IMG/VR virus record: IMGVR_UViG_3300045988_017468
Source: a virus
Reading direction: 5' to 3' (one strand)
Length of the DNA: 42,616 nt
This document shows, one piece after another, positions 39,405 through 42,616 of the stretch (positions within the stretch are counted from its first letter, which is position 1; each line of letters opens with the position of its first letter). Below the pieces are notes generated by a model. The model searched no databases. It was not told the origin of the DNA and saw only the letters and a list, made by a program, of their open reading frames with translations. Position numbers and translations under genes: made by a program.

Positions 39405-40038
39405 GCGTCAATCCTCCATCTTCTTTCGGCTGCTTTTTGGCGCATTCCATGCACAGGATACGCCCGTATTTTTTCTTGCTCCGGTCAGCTGCCTGCTGAG
39501 CAGTGACCTTTTCGCCCTTGTAAGTGAACCCTTCCACGGGCTTCCCGCAGCTGGCGCAGGTGGGCTTTGCCGGGGGCGGCGCTGTTGGCCTGTCGTACTT
39601 GGTCGTATCTTTATCCCAGTAAACATCCGCGCCAATGCCAAGGGCCTTGCAGGCCACGCTCTGCGCGTCCGTGTAGGCCTTTTTATAGGCTTCGTCATCC
39701 GTGCGCTTGCCGTCTTTTTCTGTGGAGATCAGCATCGAGCCGCCCACGCCGGGAATCGGGGCGCTCCATTCGTTCTTTTCCCCGCCCTCATCGAGCTGCC
39801 GGATGTAAAGATTGGTGCAGCAATGCACCATGATCTCTCCGTTTACCCCGGGCTTTTCCTCAAAGATGGGCGGATCGAACCGCCAGCCAATGCCAGCGGG
39901 ACCGAAAAGCTCTGTCAGCTTCTTGACCCTCCACATGGGATTGATGTCCGTCATCCCCTTCAGACGGCCGCCGCCGATCGCCTTCCGCGCCTCCTTGGGC
40001 ACGCCACGGGCGCTTTCATAAATGGTCATTTTGTCCAT
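39397..40038 (-). CDS. Single-strand annealing recombinase (Rad52/Sak- or Erf-like) with a C-terminal zinc ribbon
   Basis: Start at Met29 (MDKMTIYESARG...). Motif GRLKGMTDINPMWRVKKLTELFGPAGIGW. C-terminal CASCG...CMEC. Lies immediately upstream of ssb. Confidence 0.55.
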   Translation of the reverse strand: MDKMTIYESARGVPKEARKAIGGGRLKGMTDINPMWRVKKLTELFGPAGIGWRFDPPIFEEKPGVNGEIMVHCCTNLYIRQLDEGGEKNEWSAPIPGVGGSMLISTEKDGKRTDDEAYKKAYTDAQSVACKALGIGADVYWDKDTTKYDRPTAPPPAKPTCASCGKPVEGFTYKGEKVTAQQAADRSKKKYGRILCMECAKKQPKEDGGLTHA

Positions 40039-40441
40039 GTTTGTACTCCACCTCTTTGCATCCGTGCTCCAGGCACATGCTCTCCAGTTCAGCGTAAGAG
40101 CTGTTGTATGCCGTCTCTGCACCGTATGCCAGGTCTTTGGTCAATCCAAAGCACTCTGACTGTGACAGCACGATCTCCACTGCATAGACTGCGCGGCCCA
40201 ATGCTCTGGCCGCTTCCTGGCAGATGTGCACATAATCAGCCTGATCCTCGCCCGTGTATTCCCTGTCCGGGTGAAGTCTCATATACGACTGCCCACCGGC
40301 AACTGCCTTCTGAACCGTGCCGCAGCACCGGGATGCATCGCCCAGCTTTGCCAGAGCGTCCAGAATCAGCGCAAGCTTCCACTCCGGCACATTGGCCGCA
40401 TAGTTCAGGCAAATTTCTTTTTTTTTTTCATCACACTGCAT
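40016..40441 (-). CDS. Hypothetical protein with an A11 tract at codons 5-9
   Basis: ATG at 40441, 5 nt after GAGGTGA (MQCDEKKKEICLNY...). Confidence 0.55.
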   Translation of the reverse strand: MQCDEKKKEICLNYAANVPEWKLALILDALAKLGDASRCCGTVQKAVAGGQSYMRLHPDREYTGEDQADYVHICQEAARALGRAVYAVEIVLSQSECFGLTKDLAYGAETAYNSSYAELESMCLEHGCKEVEYKHGQNDHL

Positions 40442-40446
40442 AAGGA

Positions 40447-40611
40447 TCACCTCATAGATACCTGCTGCCCGGAATCGTCCATGACAAGGTACGTGCGCGT
40501 CGGGTCAGTCTTTTTGAGCTGATCCGCATACTGTTCCGCGTCCTGCACACACCGGAAAGGGATCTCGTTCAGGAAGGCCATATCTGCCCCATAGATCTGA
40601 ACCGTGCTCAT
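40447..40611 (-). CDS. Small hypothetical protein (54 aa)
   Basis: Start at Met25 (MSTVQIYGADMAF...) behind GGGAGGTGG. Confidence 0.5.
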   Translation of the reverse strand: MSTVQIYGADMAFLNEIPFRCVQDAEQYADQLKKTDPTRTYLVMDDSGQQVSMR

Positions 40612-40766
40612 TTGCGCCACCTCCCGTTTTTCCATGCCCGCCAGACCAGAAAGACCACGACCAGAACGTTGAATCCGATCCATAAGGTCAGCCCACGGTC
40701 CACCGCCTTTGCCGCCGGGGTAGAAAGTGCTTCCACGGCCCGGAACAGCAGCTCTGTTTTACTCAC
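40608..40766 (-). CDS. Small C-terminally anchored membrane protein (52 aa)
   Basis: Not in the ORF track. GTG 7 nt after AAGGAGA, translation (M)SKTELLFRAVEALSTPAAKAVDRGLTLWIGFNVLVVVFLVWRAWKNGRWRK. ATGA overlap with the next gene. Confidence 0.5.
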   Translation of the reverse strand: MSKTELLFRAVEALSTPAAKAVDRGLTLWIGFNVLVVVFLVWRAWKNGRWRK

Positions 40767-40801
40767 TGTAAAATCTCCTTTCGTTCAAGAATACTTTGCT
40801 T

Positions 40802-41342
40802 TGCCTTTGCGTTTCGGAACATTCCTGCTCTGTGCTTTTCCTTTGCTCTTCAGCGCAAATCTGCTCTACGCCGTTGCGCATCTCTTCGTATCTATGCCTT
40901 AGCGAATCGTCGCGCATCCATGCCTTTGCATTGCCAAGGTCAGCCTGGCTTATCTATGCCTTTGCGCTGCATAGCAAAGCGGCGCGTATCTGCTCTACGC
41001 CCTTGCGATGCCTTGCCGCCCACACCACGCCCAGCCTTGCCTTTGCTTTTCGACACGAGACCATGCATTGCCTTTGCTTTGCTTATCGAGGCAAGTCTGA
41101 TCCAAGCGATCTACGCCTATCTACGCCGTTGCGCTGCGCTTTCCAGCTGAGCCTTGCCTTTGCCCCGCGCTGCACTGCAGTGACTACCTGTGCCCCTGCT
41201 GAGCAAACTTGTCAGCACAATGCCGTTGCCGAGTTCTGCGCACATATCCGCGCCTTCGCAAAGCTGTTACAGGCTATCCAGCGCCTTTGCAAATCATATC
41301 ATTGCCGTAGCAGATCAAATCCTATCCATGCAATGCCGTTGC
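40802..41342 (+). repeat. Non-coding array of at least 12 same-orientation 9-mers YGCCNTTGC, with embedded ~20-bp repeats
   Basis: TGCCTTTGC at 40802, 40921, 40957, 41038, 41069 and 41155. TGCCGTTGC at 41221 and 41334. CGCC(G/C)TTGC at 40869, 40999 and 41124. CGCCTTTGC at 41282. The 20-mer ATCTGCTCTACGCC(G/C)TTGCG occurs at 40859 and 40988. Confidence 0.85.
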
Positions 41343-41972
41343 TCAGTCGATGATGTCAAAGGTGAAGCGGCCCTTGCCGCTGTTTCTCCACTGGCCGATG
41401 CCGCGCAGAACGCCGTAGTCCAGCCACTCCAGAACCGCATTCTCGAGCGATTCGTCCATGAGAAGGATCTCAAACTCGCAGGTGCTGCCTGCCGGAATTT
41501 CCTCAGAGTTGGCCAGGCTCACACGCTCACCCTGGGCCGTCTGAGCACGCAGGGGGCGCTGGCAGTCGCCGATCTTGCCGTTGACCTTGATGGGGATCAT
41601 GCGGGGCTGCGGGAAGATCAGGCCATCGATGACCTTCTTGTAGGCAGAGAGCTTGCCGCTCTCGTTGACGGCCCGTTTCTTGCCTGTTTCTGTCTTTCCG
41701 CCCACGCGGGCCAGCATACCGCAGGAATCCTTAAAGAATCCCTTGATTTGGTAATCATACAGAACCGGCTCTCCGTTCTCGTTGCGGGGGAAGACGGTCA
41801 TACCCTTGTCTGCCACGGCATCCGCGCCCAGAGCGGCCACCTCATCCTCGATCGTTGCTGCATCCGGGCTCTTGCTGGCAATGAAATCCCGGGCGACGTT
41901 CTGGTTGGAGGGCCAAGTGCCCAGCACCGGCTCCAGGAAGGTGATCTTGACTTTCAGAATTTTGGTTTTCAT
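41343..41972 (-). CDS. Hypothetical early protein (209 aa)
   Basis: ORF track; AGGAGA SD 7 nt upstream. I cannot name a family with confidence. Confidence 0.65.
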   Translation of the reverse strand: MKTKILKVKITFLEPVLGTWPSNQNVARDFIASKSPDAATIEDEVAALGADAVADKGMTVFPRNENGEPVLYDYQIKGFFKDSCGMLARVGGKTETGKKRAVNESGKLSAYKKVIDGLIFPQPRMIPIKVNGKIGDCQRPLRAQTAQGERVSLANSEEIPAGSTCEFEILLMDESLENAVLEWLDYGVLRGIGQWRNSGKGRFTFDIID

Positions 41973-42016
41973 GCTGATTTCTCCTATATCTTGTGGTTTA
42001 TGTAATCCAAAACGAA

Positions 42017-42220
42017 TTATCTTGCGTACAGCAGGTTTCCCAGAGCGTCCCGCACCTGGATCATCTCGTAGTGCCGGATGTTTTCATCTGCCCAGTGCTG
42101 GGCCTTAACGCTGGCGGGCTCCCCGGGGTATTCGTCCGGCGTGAGCGGGTCTGTGAACTGCCTGACATCGCAGCCCCGAGGGTTCTTACGGTAGGCGTAA
42201 GCATATACAATCATGCTCAT
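42017..42220 (-). CDS. Hypothetical protein
   Basis: ORF track, 67 aa; ATGA overlap with the upstream stop. Confidence 0.5.
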   Translation of the reverse strand: MSMIVYAYAYRKNPRGCDVRQFTDPLTPDEYPGEPASVKAQHWADENIRHYEMIQVRDALGNLLYAR

Positions 42221-42498
42221 GCGCCCCTCCGGTTCTGCCGGTAGTCCGGCTCCTCGGTGCGGGCGTGGGTGCGGTCAACGCGGCCATAGCGGCGGGCGGT
42301 CTGCTCACGATCCTTGGCGGCAAAGCCCAGCCGCAGGAACATCACCGCTGCCAGCACCAGGCACAGGGCCGTGGCAAACTGGACGTCGGAGATGGTTCTG
42401 CCCGTCTGTGCGCTGCCCTCGATACCCATGCCGTACAGTAGGCCAACGGCCCCGCTGGCCACGGCCAGCCTGTACCATACGCCGGATTTGATCTTCAT
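42217..42498 (-). CDS. Small membrane protein (two TM helices)
   Basis: ORF track, 93 aa. ATG 5 nt after AAGGAGA and overlapping the DUF739-like stop (ATGA). Confidence 0.6.
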   Translation of the reverse strand: MKIKSGVWYRLAVASGAVGLLYGMGIEGSAQTGRTISDVQFATALCLVLAAVMFLRLGFAAKDREQTARRYGRVDRTHARTEEPDYRQNRRGA

Positions 42499-42616
42499 GC
42501 GGATTCTCCTTTCTCAAGTGAGGGGAAAAACAGTTCCCCGATCTCATTCTGTCTGATGTCAAGCAGTTCACACATTGCTGTGATCTCTGCGCTTGTCCAC
42601 GGATTGTGCCCCTGCA
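42495..42616 (-). CDS. DUF739-like HTH protein, 3' part (42562..42616 duplicates 1..55)
   Basis: Same frame as 1..191 across the junction; stop TGA at 42497..42495. Confidence 0.7.
   Translation of the reverse strand, partial: QGHNPWTSAEITAMCELLDIRQNEIGELFFPSLEKGESA
42562..42616. repeat. Exact 55-bp terminal duplication, identical to 1..55
   Basis: Base-by-base comparison. Confidence 0.97.

Larger units (their letters stand above)
1..42616. mobile_element. Complete temperate siphovirus-like phage genome, circularly closed in this window
   Basis: All canonical modules are recognisable from the translated ORFs. The ends are identical over 55 bp. An attP-like site is present and no bacterial flanking genes are seen. 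Confidence 0.9.

Noticed and set aside
40802-41342. Possible CRISPR array
   Set aside because: The repeats are only 9-20 bp, irregularly spaced and degenerate. There are no spacer-like unique units of constant length and no cas genes.
40796-41353. 185-aa plus-strand ORF covering the 9-mer array
   Set aside because: Its translation is merely the repeated motif read in frame (CLC/FALP/STPLR repeats). It has no SD and a TTG start. I interpret the region as non-coding repeat DNA.
41343-41972. C-terminal GIGQWRNSGKGRFTF motif resembling the glycine-rich loop of CRISPR RAMP (Cas5/6/7) proteins
   Set aside because: It is a single short motif with no other RAMP features and no CRISPR context. I left the gene as hypothetical.

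Overview
The window holds one complete temperate siphovirus-like phage genome. Its ends carry an exact 55-bp overlap (1..55 = 42562..42616), so the unique length is 42,561 bp and one gene reads across the junction. The host is probably a high-GC Gram-positive, Clostridia-like bacterium; this is inferred from AGGAGG-type ribosome-binding sites (SD), the GH25 lysin, the LL-H-type holin and the DnaD-like organizer. Nearly all genes lie on the minus strand in one long series. Early genes run 2675->282 and across the junction (Cro-like regulator, AntA/KilAC antirepressor). Recombination and replication genes run 42498->34992: annealing protein, SSB, a DnaD-like organizer with internal iterons, two DUF551 proteins, a PAPS-reductase-like protein and RusA. 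A late-regulator gene (34995->34504) is followed by an ORF-free tRNA/structured-RNA island (33600-34500). Next come packaging and SPP1-like head genes (33539->24860), then head-tail joining, tail tube, a G/G-T chaperone with a -1 frameshift site, tape measure and tip/fibre genes (24858->15621), and finally GH25 endolysin plus holins (15101->13596). The plus strand carries the lysogeny module (repressor 3275, accessory genes, tyrosine integrase 6426..7562, attP with a tRNA 3' end and arm repeats) and an oppositely oriented moron cassette (11541..13227). These observations seem most worth follow-up. (1) A promoter-to-terminator RNA of about 400 nt with nested helices and an embedded tRNA-like minihelix, next to phage tRNAs. 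(2) A 600-bp lysis/lysogeny switch with face-to-face consensus promoters and a terminated antisense RNA of about 300 nt. (3) Two tandem basic paralogs upstream of terS whose identical 11-aa N-termini are encoded by different codons. (4) An eight-gene low-complexity, Cys-rich accessory cluster between attP and the lysis genes. (5) An acr/aca-like cassette. (6) A 550-bp array of same-orientation 9-mers. All functional calls come from my own reading of the translations and motifs; no database search was run.
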